A stretch of 60,416 nucleotides of DNA from Chiloscyllium plagiosum (lineage: Eukaryota). A program made the translations under genes and the position numbers. The notes beneath the pieces are model-generated. The model was given only the letters and a program-made list of their open reading frames with translations. It was not told the origin of the DNA and did no database searches. Below, piece by piece: positions 1-13,195 of this stretch. The stretch is from the NCBI RefSeq assembly GCF_004010195.1, contig NC_057711.1, positions 83,313,623 through 83,374,038 of the forward strand, read 5' to 3'. How positions within the stretch are numbered: the stretch's first letter is position 1; every line of letters starts with the position of its first letter.

Positions 1-484
1 CCTAGCCACTCCAATCAGGAAAAATGATTTCTCTGGTTCCATTAATATCTTGGAGGATTTTACTACATCATTCTTCAACCATCATTATTTCAGTAAATAC
101 AATCTTACTTTAAGTTCGTTCACTTCATGATGTAAAGTTTGGAGTCTTTCTGTTGTTCTGGTAAACTCATGTTGTGCTCTCTTCAAAGGCAGTATTCCTT
201 GCTGATATTTGGTGTTCAGGATTGAAAGGAGTATTTCACTCTGCTTCATATCAACAAGTAAAGCAAGGTGTTCAAATCCTTATAGAAACCAAAAGAAGAA
301 AGGAGTTCTGCAACAAAAGGAACTGAAGAGTCAAACACAATATTATTGTAAAGTTAAACACACATTAGCTGACAAATAGTGTTTGAATGAAAATGGTACA
401 ATTCATTTTCATTGATAGAACAAAGACAATTCTCATATGGTTCACACAAAGCATCATCTCTAACTACAAGGTTTTTGAGTTAGA

Positions 485-813
485 GGCGGCATGGTGGTTC
501 AGTGGTTAGCACTGCTGCCTCACAGCGCCAAGGACCTGGGTTTAGTTCCTGTCTCGGGCAACTGTCTGTGTGGAGTTTGCACGTTCTCCCCGTGTCTGTG
601 TGGGTTTCCTCCAGGTGCTCCGTTTCCTCCCACAGTCCAAAGATGTACAGGTTAGGTGAATTGGCCATAATAAATTGCCCGTAGTATTAGGTGCATTAGC
701 CAGGGGTGAATATAGGGGAATGGGTCTGGATGGGTTGCTCTTCGGAGGGTTGGTGTGGACTTGTTGGGCCGAAGGGCCTGTTTCCGCACTGTAGGGAATC
801 TAATCTAATCTAA
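485..813 (+). mobile_element. tRNA-derived V-SINE, HE1-like, full length
   Basis: tRNA-like head (GGCGGCATGGTGGTTCAGTGGTTAGCACTG), V-domain core (TGTGTGGAGTTTGCACGTTCTCCCCGTGTCTG...GGGTTTCCTCC), CR1/HER1-like tail (TGGGCCGAAGGGCCTGTTTCC) ending in (AATCT)n; two more copies in the window. Confidence 0.9.
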
Positions 814-1960
814 ATATGCCTCCTAAAAATGGGAATTTCAGAAGTGCACACAGTATTCTAACTGTGGCCTAACCAAAATGTTTATACAATTCCAACATAA
901 TCTCCCTACTCTTAAACTCTATGCTTTGGCTAACTAAGATAAATATCGCACATAACTCCTTAATCATTCTATAGCTGCCCTGCTACCTTAAGGGACCAAT
1001 GGGCATGTATACCAATGTCCGTCTGATCCTGGTGCTTCCCAGGGTCCTACCTCTCATCATGTAATCCATTGCCCTGTTTGTCATTCCCAGGTGTATCACC
1101 TTGCATTGATCCAAATCAATTTCCATTTACTGCTGATTAGCCTTCTACATTGTCCTGTAATCTAAGGCTATCCTCCTCACTATTTACCACCCCACCAGTT
1201 TCACATCATCTGTGAACTTCCTAATCAAGCCTCATACATCCAAGTCCAAACTGTTTAAACGTTGATTCCTGTTGAACTCCACTGGACACATGCATTCAGT
1301 CACAAAAAAAAACCCTCAATCATTACCCTCTGCTTCCTGCCACTCAGTCAATTCTGGATCCAATTAGTCAAATTTCCTTGGATCCCATAGACTCTTACCT
1401 ATGCTATCAGTCTCTGATGTGGGACTTTCTTAAAAGCCTTACTGAAGTCCAAACAGACTACATTACATACATTGTCTTTATCTACATACCTGGTATCTCT
1501 TCAACCAAGTTGGTCAGATATGATCTCCCCTTAACAAAACTGTGCTGTTTTTAACTAATTCCTGCCTTTCCAACTGCAGATTAATTCTGTCCCTGAGAAT
1601 TGCTTCCAATAGTTTCCCCACCACTGCCTGGCTGATAGCTTCCTGGTTTATCCCTTGTTCCCTTCTTGAATAATGGTACCACCGTATTGGTTGTCCTCCA
1701 GTTCTTTGGAAGCTCTGCCAAGACCAGGGAGAAATTGAAAATTATTGCCAATGTCCTAAATTTTCTTCCTTGCCTCATTTCATGCAGCTCTGGATATTTA
1801 TCAACTTTTAAGCTGGCCAAATTGCTCAGAACGTCATCGCTGTCAATGCTACTTTCTCTAAGTACATCACAATCCTTCTCCTTGATTTCTATCCTCATAT
1901 TGTTTCTCTCACTAGTGAACACTGACACAAAATATTCACTTTGAAACCTACTTGTGATTC
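814..1960 (-). mobile_element. CR1 LINE ORF2 fragment, decayed
   Basis: ORF 1581-1967(-) has CR1 RT-proximal motifs (LPKNWRTTN..VVPLFKKG.RDKPGSYQP); many stops; same subfamily as 34612-36025. Confidence 0.8.
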
Positions 1961-3501
1961 CATACACAAAACTCTCATATGCCAGTTTTTGAATGAAGTT
2001 TAAAATGCAAATTGTCTAATGGATTGAATTATTACGGTGGTAAAATCTTTTCTGATGAGAAGGTGAATTAGTATGGGAAGAGACTTCTCCAATCAACAAC
2101 ATATCCATGAATCATTCATGACTGAATATACATCTTTATATAAATCATTACAACTCCTTGACTGTAAAGTTGCCAAGTTATTTTAAAATAATTACATTGG
2201 ACTATAATCCTCCTTCGACAATTGAGACCCACATTATTTTGCTCATTGGGAATTTTATCAAGATGTGCTGGTAATTGAATACTTTACCAATTATGAAATT
2301 CCAAAGCCTTTCTGCAAAGGACTAAGTGGCTGTGATGGTCACAGTGGCATTAATTCATTGAGTTCAAACTTGGCAGTAAGGATGGGTCGTGTTGCTTAGC
2401 TGTTTTCAAAAGCGAGCCATTAGTTTCCACATTGCAGCCTTGTACTTGATTGACATGAAATAAAAGGAACATGCTAAGATATCCCGAAAAGATGTTAATA
2501 AAAAAACCTGTGGAGAATGAGGTCACCTGTTGCAGTGAAAGAAAGGCCTTCTCTAACCAATAGTGATGGAATCTCAGTGAGAGATAGGTTATTGCCATTA
2601 GCTGTGATGGATTTAGTATCTTGTTAGCTATTTTTATAACTTTGGAGGATGTCTATTAAATCCTTTTCAATCAATTTACAATGAAAATTCAGTTCACTCT
2701 GGACTCTGCTCTTTTGAAACTGTGGAATGGAGTTCTAACTCCATGTATTGCAATGGTTAGAATTTACACAGAACCCTACCACATTTTCTGCTGAGCCAGG
2801 CTGTGATTAAGGGAATTGCAGGTCAGAGCTTGGGAGGATTTCATTTGCGGCTTCAACTGCTTGTTGACATATCTTTACTGCCTGAACATGATGTTTATGG
2901 CCTCTGTAAATATGAAATATTGCAGACCCCGAACTCTGTAGTACTCCATTAATGTCATACTTACAAAATTGCACAGGTCTTTGGGGAAGGGGGATGCATA
3001 ATGTGTATGTGATAGTCCTGCAGCATCATTAGAGTAGCAGACAGCTTTTTGTATGTGACTAGTATCTAAATCTGAGACGTGAGCGCTGATATTCAGATTG
3101 TGGAGACTGTAAATAGATCACTCACACTCTCAGAGCATAGACATTGAAGGTCACAAATGCGGTTTGAAATAAACAACAATAAGTTGGTAATTGGCAATAT
3201 AACAAGAGGGGCCAATGTCTCTTACGCAGCACATGGAATCATAATAATTAACCATAAATATTAAATAATTTGTTGATATTTGATGTTAAGTGTTCTTCAA
3301 TGAAAAAAATCTTGGTATTCCTATTAAATATTAAATATTTCCAATAGAAGCCACTGATCAATAACTAGGATCAAAATCTAAGGCTTTCTTTTAATATTTG
3401 TTGCCATAGTTCAGAGGTAATGACACAAAACAAGCAAGTTTATGTTCCTTTGCCTTTTGGAGATCTTGGCTAGAATTGTGCAGTCATGAATGTTAGTGTA
3501 G

Positions 3502-3815
3502 TAGATTAGATTAGATTACTTATAGTGAGGAAACAGGCCCTTCGGCCCAACAAGTCCACACCGACCCACCACCCACCCAGACCATTCCCCTACATTTACC
3601 CCTTCACCTAACACTATGGGCAATTTAGCATGGCCAATTCACCTAACCTGCACATTTTTGGACTGTGGGAGGAAACCGGAGCACCCGGAGGAAACCCACA
3701 CAGACACGGAGAGAATGTGCAAACTCCACACAGTCAGTCGCCTAAGGCGGGAATTGAACCCGGGTTTCTGGCGCTGTGAGGCAGCAGTGCTAACCACTAT
3801 GCCACTGTGCCACCC
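3502..3815 (-). mobile_element. HE1-like V-SINE
   Basis: Reverse-complement copy of 485-813, with (TAGAT)n tail at left and tRNA head at right. Confidence 0.9.
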
Positions 3816-3889
3816 ACAGCCGTAGACTCAGTTGTTATACCTCTACAGTCAAATAGCTTACTGGTTTGTTTAGGTTTACGATGAGATCA

Positions 3890-4262
3890 CGCCAACCACC
3901 CTTCCATCTATTGATTCCATCAATACTTGCCACTGCCTCAGGAAAGCAGTCAACATAATCAATCCCAATCTAGTTATGCTCTCTTCCACCCTCTTCCATC
4001 AGGCTGAAGATACAAAAGTTTGAAAACACATACTCACACTTTCAAGAACAACTTCTTCCCTGCTGTTATCAGACTTATGAATGGACCTCTCATTTATTAG
4101 GGTAGTTCTTTCTCAAAACCTTCTCTGTAGCTGTGTCATTATATTCTGCATTCTGTTCTATTACGCTGATATATTTATGTAAGGTATGATTTGCCTGGAT
4201 AGCATGTAAAACAATACTTTTCACTGTATCTCGGTACATATGTCAATAATAAACCAAATCAA
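3890..4262 (+). mobile_element. Rex1/Babar-like LINE 3' end
   Basis: Encodes a decayed C-terminus like LFHPLPSG*RYKSL...FKNNFFPAVIRLMN, followed by a 3' UTR ending ACATATGTCAATAATAAACCAAATC. Confidence 0.7.
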
Positions 4263-5554
4263 AAAGTGTCCTTGGATCCTAAACTTGTATCATAGTGTGG
4301 AGTTCAAGAATGGCAGGATTCAGGAATGGCAAGGAATTCACCACAAAAAATTGTCAGGATATTATTCAACATGAGCAGTGAACACTGAACTAAATTCCAA
4401 AATGTAAGTAACCTCAACCTTATTGTTACACTGCTTCTAATTCAACCTAAAAACTGGAAGTTACCTCTTGCAGGTTAGGTTTGCTTAATAACACATTTGA
4501 AAGAATGATTACCATTAACACTACAGTCAACCACTCAGATCTACTTGTGGTAAAGTAAATTTTTAAATTTCAATTTTAGATGTTTTCAGTAGATTTCATA
4601 AATACTTTAAAAAATAAATTACTTGTTTATGAAAAAGGAGTATTTAACAGGAAAGAGGGAGTGTGGAAGAAGAGAGGTAATAAAATGATTCTCTGCAAAC
4701 TGGATAGATACTAGAACTGCCATGACAATAATTGCAGTACTTTCAGAAAGAGACAGTGAAACTCTTGAGTTCGTCATTGTAGGAGAAGGCAACCACCCCT
4801 CACTCCAGTCCACCAGGTCAAACACTTTCCTGCTGAAAGTACCAGTTTCAGTGAATGGTGTCATATAAACCAATGAATTAATACTTGGAGAAGGCATTTT
4901 GGACCCTCAGACTTCCTCCAGCATTCAACAAGATTATAGCTGATCTACTGTGGTGTCAACTCTGCTTTCCTGCCTATGTCTATATCTTTGATTCTTTTGA
5001 CAATTAAGAAACCTTTTTTAAACTCAGAGACCCTTAAAAATATCTTCAATGACACTGCCTCCACTGCTGTCTTGGAACAGTCCAATGGTAAGCAATGGAT
5101 CTTATGTTTGTGGTGTTCCTGGATTTCTCTTCTGGGCCGCAACACCAGTAGGGAATATTTGCTTACATACCTGGGTTCCATCTTGACAATACGAACTATA
5201 CAAGGAGTCTACAATGCACGACAAACCCACTTAGGTTACGTGAAGTTGGGACAGATTTGGAAAAATTATCAGAAGTCCCCAACCTATTGAGACTCCATTC
5301 AATAGGAAATATCCTACCAAATGCCTTGTGCAAACTCTTGACTCCACACTTGATTTCTGTAATCAGCACTCAAGTTGAATAGTCTTTGATTTGGGGTTAT
5401 AGTCTTGATTTAAAAAAAAACTTTACTGCATTCAACCTCATGATTATGAAATCCAGAGAAAAATCTCACTTTTCACATTCTGAACCAAGTAAAAGTGACC
5501 ATTGATCTCTAGCTGATTTTATAACTATAGGACTTATATGGTTGGTTTCGTTTA

Positions 5555-6060
5555 TCTTTGGATCAATGATGACCAGGAACATTGAGTTTAGTGATGGTCG
5601 TACCAATGAATTTCACGGAGAGAAGATGTGATTTATTCTTAGTGGAGGTATTCATTGCCTAGCATGTGTGTGGTGTCCATGTCATTTGTCATTTATTAGC
5701 CAAAGTCTGAATGTTGTCCAGTTTTGCTGAATATGAACACAGATCTCAAGTATTACAGTGGTTGCAAATAGAACTGAACATTGTGCAATCATTCACTAAC
5801 GCTCCCCATTTTTAACCTAATAGTGGTGAGAAGGCTATTAATGAAACAGCTGAATATGGTCAAGCTTTGTGAGCTCCTACACTAATGTGCTGGGACTGAT
5901 GTGATTGCCTCAAACAATCACATTCATCTGTCTTTGCACTAGTGATGACTCCAGCCAATTGAGAACATTTTACTTAATTTCTATAGATTTCATTTTTACT
6001 TGGGTTACATTAATCCCTAGTGTATTAAGAATCAACCTTGCAATCTGAATCAGTCTGATG
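5555..6060 (-). mobile_element. Decayed fragment of second LINE family (CR1/L2 group)
   Basis: Similar by eye to 31280-31610 (AGCCAAAGTCTGAATGTTGTCCAG vs AGCCCAAGCCTGAATATTGTCCAG). Confidence 0.6.
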
Positions 6061-6782
6061 TATGCCTGACCAATATGGCTAGCATGTTCCCTTCCATGAA
6101 GAACATTGATATATCAGTTGGGTTTTTCTAGTAATGGTAAAACATTGTAATTATGAGATTTATTTGGTACAAGCTAAAATGTTGACAGATCTATGAAATT
6201 CAGCTTCATTGCTTGCAGATTGAAAGTGAACACCCAGGTTCTGTTTTCTAAATCTTCTACTGTAACCACTAGACTCAGCATGTTTCAGCCTAATCCTATC
6301 CAAACAGGTTCACAATATTCTCCAAGAGGATCCACTCACTATTGCATATTCCCAATCCTAAAACTTGAAACCAATTGTTGTGTCTCCATCACAATTAATA
6401 AATTCCCACAGATCAAAGATTAATCTTTGTGGTCTTTTTGGCTCAGTGCCACGGAACTGAGTTAACAAAACTATTAGGCTACTGGAGAAACCCTTGAAAA
6501 GATCACTTATTACAATAACTTTTTCTTTTTCTTTTCTATTTCTTTGCTTTCTTTTCTTTCCACTAGCCCATATTTGAATCCACGATTGATTAGATCATTA
6601 CCGTCCAAAATACATTCAAAGTCGCCATTTCAACAATTGATGCTCAGTGTCCCAGATGAAGGTTTAAAATTATTTTGTTTAAATAATGTATCTGTACCTT
6701 TTCATTATTTATGCTCCACCCTCCAATTTCTCTCAGCAGCCATATTATTCACTTATATACAAATGAAGACATGAATATAAAG

Positions 6783-6900
6783 GCAAAATATTGCAGATAC
6801 TGGAAGTCAAAATGAAGAATAAATTCTGGAAATATTCTGTAGGTTTGGCAGCATCTGTGGAGCGAGAAACAGAGTTAATATTTCAGTTTAATGACTTTTT
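6783..6900 (-). mobile_element. Old Penelope-like terminal fragment
   Basis: TTGCAGATACTGGA...CTGGAAATATTCTGTAGGTTTGGCAGCATCTGTGGAG resembles the younger termini (CTGCAGATGCTGGAG...CTGGAAAAGCGCAGCAGGTCAGGCAGCATC). Confidence 0.5.
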
Positions 6901-6954
6901 GATAAAAAAAGTCAAGAAACTTCCAAATGGCTGCTATAAGTAACCTTTCAGATA

Positions 6955-8095
6955 TAAGACTGTAGGAAATAGGAAGAGGAATACACCATTCAGCCCTTCA
7001 AGCCTTCTTCAATACAATCATGGCTGAGCGACATTCCTCATGTCCACTTTCCCACACCTTCTCCATAACCCTCAGTTCCCCTACTAATCAAGAATCTATC
7101 TCAGCCTTAAATATAGACAAGGACTCTGCCCCACATCTCTCAGTGGCAAGGAATTCCAAGGATTCTCAACCTCCTCTCAGTCCTAATGTGGTGCCCCATT
7201 ATTTTAAGACTATGCCCACTGGTCCTAGATTCTCCCATGAGGGGATATATCCTCTCAGCATTTATCCTGTCAAGTTCCCTAAGAACGCTATATGCTTCAA
7301 TGAGATCACCTCTCATTCTTTTAAACTCCAGTGAGTTGAGTTCCAACCCATTTAGCCTTTACTCATAAGTCAGACCCTCCATACCAGGGATCATCCAAGT
7401 CAACTTTCTCTGAACTGCCTTCAATGAAATTATATCTTTCTTTAGAAAAGGGGACCAAAATTGCTCACAGTACTCCAGATATCGTCTCACAAGCAGCTTG
7501 TATTGTTATGGTAAGATATCCCTAATCTTATACTTCAACCCCTCGAAATATGGGCCAACATTCCATTAGCCTTCCTCACTACCTGCTGCACCTCTGTGTT
7601 AACTTTCTGTGTTTTGTGCACAATTACTCTGAGTCCTTTTGAGTTGCTGCTTTCTGCATGGTTTTTTTCCCCATTTAAATAATATTCTGTTCTTTTGTTC
7701 TCTCTTCCACAATGGACAACTTCATATTTTCCTGCATTATATTCCATTTGCAAACTTTTTGCCCACTTACTGAACCTATCAATATGTCTCTGTAAACTGT
7801 TTGTATGTCTCTCACAAGCTTCCTTTCCACCTATTTTCATGTTGTCTGCAAATTTGGCTACAGTATATTTGCTTGCTTCTTCCGAGGCATTAATATATAG
7901 TATAAATAATTGTGGTTCTAGCACTGATCCCTGTGGAATCCCTTTGGTCACCAATTGCACAACCTGAAGGAAAACCCTTTATCTCCTTCTGCTGTTTCCT
8001 GCACATAAGCCAATTCTATATCCATGCCAATACACTATCTCCAATACACCATGGGCTCTTATCATATGACTTCACCTTTTGTGAGGAACCTTGTG
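6955..8095 (-). mobile_element. CR1 LINE 3' portion
   Basis: ORFs 7535-7960(-) (GIPQGSVLEPQLFILYIN...KFADNMK) and 7140-7346(-) (RMRGDLIE) are CR1 RT and C-terminal motifs; tail at ~6960. Confidence 0.9.
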
Positions 8096-9189
8096 AGGTC
8101 CATCCTTGTATTAAGCAGGAATGAACATATTCTGTAAAAACAAGTCTTCTGTTATTCATTTGGCTAGGATTGAATAATTTTTTTTCATGCAATCAAAATA
8201 TTGAGGCTAAATGTTATAAGAGGCAGGGAAGTGGAACTAAATAGGTCTACATGATACTAAAAACAGATCCAGAAATTAAATAAAATGTTTCATATGGTAA
8301 TCTTAGAGCTATTAAAAAAAAGAATATATTTATTGAACTCCATAAACTATAACATTTACCTTTACCTTTATCTTAACATTTCAGGTCTGTTTTCATTCGA
8401 ACATGCTAACTATGTTGTAAACATTACAATGCTTTTCAGAAGGAAATGGCATTTGCTTTTGGTAATGTGAAACACTAACATATTTCTGTGAAATATTTCT
8501 GAATGGGGACAAATCAAAGAATGTGTGTGATAGTGCACCAAATAATTATTGAACTTTACCTGCAATTGAATTCCTGAATTTTTGAGACGGTAAGGATAAT
8601 TTTTCCTTTAGTTGTCAGTATCTGAATTTTCACCATGTTAAAAACAGGAGAAATCTTCATGGCATTGTTAAATTTGAATTTATTTCAAAGGCACTTTAAC
8701 TATGGTGTTGATGAAGTGAACAGGAATGTAAGTTACACAATTCAGCTTAAAATTATGATTAATTAAAAACATGGAGTTAGCATCAACCTGCCCAGGTACT
8801 TTGTAATATGATTACAAAGTGAAAAATGTGGACATGCAATAGCTGTGACATGATATAACTTCCCACCTGCATGGAAGCATGAGTAAAACACTTGTGTTGT
8901 TTTGCTGAGTAAGGTAACAGGATGCCATTACTGTTGTACCATATGTATATTGTATTGGTACTACTGCAATAGTTGATGTGGAAAGTGAGTCAATTAAAAT
9001 TACTCCAGTGAAGTATTTTTTAAATCCATAGTTCGATTAATCTTCTGACTTGCACCTCTCTTAATTGTGGGCCTTTCTATTAGGCACAGCAATTAAACTT
9101 GTCTACCTTTTATACTTGGAAGAAACCATTAGAAGAAATGGCTGTTTAGTTTCTATTAGAGTAATACAATAATTCTTATCTATTGACAG

Positions 9190-9320
9190 TTGTCCGAAAC
9201 ATCAAACGGCACAATATTGTCCTGAAGAGGGAGTTGGGTGAAGGAGCCTTTGGCAAAGTATTTCTTGCTGAATGTCATAACCTTTGCACAGAAGATGACA
9301 AAACTTTGGTGGCAGTGAAG
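9190..9320 (+). CDS. ntrk2: TrkB / neurotrophic receptor tyrosine kinase 2, kinase exon with Gly-rich loop and VAVK lysine (131 bp, phase 1 to 0)
   Basis: ttgacag|TT...AAG|gtatag; translates (F)[49 protein letters not shown] and NLC match TrkB rather than TrkC (KRRDIV, NLS). Confidence 0.95.
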
Positions 9321-11149
9321 GTATAGTACTATAGAATTTCAATTATTAATTTATGGGTTGATCTGAAGCTCCTTGTGATAAATGCTTGTCTAGCTATCAG
9401 TCTCAGTTATCTTTTAAATTGGGCTTAGTAGGACTAATGCAATGTCAAAAGAGCATGACACATGATCTCACTCATAGATGTAAAAATATGGCCTGGTTTC
9501 ATATGGCAATGAGAGTAGACCAGCTTGGCCAAATTGTTCATGGAAAACATGGGAACCTGAGAATAGTGGGATGCACACAGTCGATTCCACTTAGTGGACT
9601 GCCTTCCATTCTGAATATTTGTCTGCTGAATGGAAATTGAAAACCAGGCCCACTTGCTCTCTGTAAGTATTCTTGCTTACTATGTCCCTTTTGCTGTACA
9701 TTCCTGTTAAATTAATAATTTATTGTTCAGATTACAAATTCCACTGTGGTCATTGCTCATACAACAGCTTCCATTCAAGATGCATCTTGCACAACTTGTT
9801 GTGCTGAGGCACTTGCAACTTTAATCCATAAAGCAACTTTCCGTAACATTTCATTTCAATTTGAAATGTTTGAACATAGACTGCATACTTTCCAACATTT
9901 TTGTGAAAACTCTGATGTGCAATAAGTACATTTCTGCAGCAAACCTATCTCTTGAAAAGATACCTTTTCCAGTTCCAATATATTTTACTTTTAAAAGAAG
10001 ACAATATAATCAGGGTCTCTTGAATTAAGGAAAGAAATTGTGAGTTTAGTAGACTATAAGACGTAGGAGCCAGTGCTTTGCTTATTTGCAATGAGCTTCC
10101 AGCACTCAGCAAGAGACTTTTTATTATGTACATGCACAAAGAAGCCAGTTGAATGCAGCCTAGTAGAGCTAGAATAGATTTGCGCAGATAGACTTGGGTT
10201 GCACTTAGCTTTTTAATCCCTTCTCTTGTGCATTTCTGGAAGGGAACTTGTGGATGTACTGGACATGCACAGACATAAATAATTGCTGTGACAGTTGTTA
10301 ACAGTGAATTGAGAAATAGAATCATGCTTTATGGATTCTACCATGTATCTTGCATGTAGTGGTTTATGCTGTGACCAAGAATCTAATACGACTCTTTTCA
10401 AAGTATATATGTTTTTAAAAAACTAATAACACATTGTTGTCCAGTATGTTTTGACATGGCATTGAATTACAGAACAAACAAGACGTGGAGGTTAAATGAA
10501 GTTTGTTGAATTATTTTGCAGCACATTGTCATCTGCAATATCTTATTGATAAATATTACAAACTCTTCAAACTATCAGCGTTGTGGGTGTTCCTGAACAA
10601 AATAGACTCAGCAGATCTAAAAGGCAACTCAGCACCATCAGGCTATTTAGGGATGGGTATTAAAATATTGAACCAGCCAGAGACATCCACCTTTCATGAC
10701 TGAATTTTTTAAAATGGAGCAGTTGATAATACAACTGACAGAAGTTGTTGTGTCCAGTCTCTTGGATGATGCTCAATGTTGAGAGTGATGTAATGTAACA
10801 GTTGCTATTATTCAGATGAGATATTAAATTCAAGTCCTGTGAACGTATTCTGGGGTTTCCAGGAATTGCTAAACATCCAATTGCAATGTATGAAGAAAAA
10901 GCAAGAGATTTGGACACACATCAATATTCCTGGAAACTGATGAACTGGCTGCTTATTTATCACATTGAGGTTTTAAAAATCTTGATGGTTGATAGATTTG
11001 TCAAGATAAACATCAACAATTTACTTTGGAGCAACTTGTTAATGAAATGTTTTGACATTATAAGGTAATATAAAAACGCTAGCCTGTCATTCAGTTTAAG
11101 AACTTACTGGTATGTATCCTTGCGATTTAGTGTATGTAACCCATATGAC

Positions 11150-12960
11150 CATGGAAAAGGAATAACCCATTCATCCTCTCCAGCCTACTCTGTCAATCAA
11201 TAGGATCATGGCTGATCTGACATTCCTCAGGTCCATTTTCCTGCACTCTCTGCATAACCTCTGATTCTCTACTGATTGGGAATCTCAGCCTTAAATATAT
11301 ACAAGGCTCCTGCCCCCACAACTCTCTGTGGCAAGGAGTTCCAAAGACTGTCAACTCTCAAGAAATTCTTCCTCATCTCAATCTTAAATTGGTGGCCTTT
11401 ATACCAAGGGGTTATGCCCTCTGGTCCTAGACTGTCCCATGAAGAGAAACATAGCTCCTTGAAAGTGGAGTCGCAGGTAGATAGGATAGTGAATAAGGCA
11501 TTTGGTATGCTTTCCTTTATTGGTCAGAGTATTGAATACAGGAGTTGGGAGATTATATTGCAGCTGTACAGGACATTGGTTAGGCCACTGTTGGAATATT
11601 GCATGCAATTCTAGTCTCCTTCCTATCAGAAAGATGTTGTGAAACTTGAAAGGGTTCAGAAAAGATTTACAAGTATGAAAAGGAAGGGTTTGGAGGGATA
11701 TGAGCTGGGCGCTGGAAGGTGGGACTAGATTGGGATGGGATATCTGGTCAGCATGGACGGGTTGGACCGAAGGGTCTGTTTCCATGCTGTATATCTCTAT
11801 GACTCTATGACTCTATTTACCCAGTCAAACCCCTTAAAAGTCCTATTAGCTTCAATCTCAAAAGAAATTCCTCCTCATCTTAGTCTTTATTTGGTGTCCC
11901 ATTATTCTAAGACTATGCCCACTTATCCTAGATTCTCCCGTGAGGGGAAATCTCCTCTCAACATTTATCCTGTTAAGTTCCTTAAGAATGCTATATGCTT
12001 CAATGAGATCACCTGATTCTTTTAAGCTCCAGTGAGTTGAATTCCAACCTGTTTAGCCTTTACTCATAAGACAGTCCCTCCATACCAGGGATCATCCTAG
12101 TCCACTTTCTCTGAACTGCCTTCAATGAAATGACATATTTCCTTTGAAAAGGGGACCAGAACTGCTCACAGTACTCCAGATATTGTCTCACAAGTAACTT
12201 GTACAGTTACAGTAAGATTTCTGTAATCTTATACTCCAACCCCTCGAAATATTGGCCAACATTCCATTAGCCTTCCTCACTACCTGTTGCACCTGTGTGT
12301 TAGCTTTCTGTTTGTTCTGCACAAATACCCCCAAGTCCCTTTGTGTTGTAGCTTTCTGCAGGGTTTTTTTTCCATTTAAAGTAATACTCTGTTCATTTGT
12401 TCTCTTTTCCAAAATGAACAACTTCACATTTTCCTGCATTATATTCCATTTGCCAACTTTTTACCCACTTACCTGTCAATATGTCTCTGTAAATTGTTTG
12501 TATCTCTCTCACAACCTGCCATGCCACCTATTTTTGTGTTGTCTGCAAATTTGGCTACAATATATTTGCTTCTTCTTCCAAGACATTAACATATATTGTA
12601 AATATTTATGGTTCTAGCTCTGATCCCTGTGGAATCCCACTGGTCATGGGTAGCGAGCATGAAAAACTCCCCTTATCCCTACTTGCTTTTTGTTGCCAAT
12701 TAGCCACATTTATCCATGGTCAATATACTACCTCCAATACCTTGGTTCTTATCTTACAACTTAACCTTTTGTGAGGTATCTTGTCAAATATATTCTGGAA
12801 GTCCAAATACAGTGCATCTACCAGTTCCTGACTATCCATTCTGGTTTAGGTCTTCCTTGAAAAACTCTAAGTTAGTTAGGCATGATTTCCTTTTCATGAA
12901 GCCATACTGACTGTACTTAATTAGATTCTGATTTTCCAAAGATGCTGCTATTCCTTCCTT
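11150..12960 (-). mobile_element. CR1 LINE 3' portion(s), interrupted and partly duplicated
   Basis: 11870-12780 is very similar to 7180-8090; ORF 12188-12439(-) has QRDLGVFV...VVRKANGMLA. Confidence 0.85.
11450..11813 (+). mobile_element. HER1-like CR1 3' end nested in the older CR1
   Basis: Encodes SSLKVESQVDRIVNKAFGMLSFI...LYRTLVRPLLEYC; ends GGACCGAAGGGTCTGTTTCC...(CTATGACT)n. Confidence 0.85.
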
Positions 12961-13195
12961 AATGATTAATTGCATTTATTGTGCAATTCTAGAACATGAA
13001 ATATCTCAAAATATAGTCATAGTAAAAGTTGAGTTGTGCTCGTGGTAAAAATATTAACACCAAGGCAATTAGAATAATAATCCCAAAACGTAATGATATG
13101 TCTGATACCTGTGCCAGTGTATGTTACTAATTCACAGTCTCAACTGGGACTGTAGCATGTACCAACCCAAATCGCTCATTTATATTCTATTTGAT

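Noticed and set aside
485..560. tRNA gene
   Set aside because: tRNA-like A/B boxes are the SINE head; no complete cloverleaf and it runs directly into the V-domain.
480..684. Short ORFs repeated at 480-684, 3616-3825 and 13474-13694 as a small gene family
   Set aside because: They are chance translations of HE1-like SINE copies.
4619..5290. ORFs as the upstream juxtamembrane (NPQY) exon
   Set aside because: No IENPQYF-like peptide seen; no similarity to Trk.
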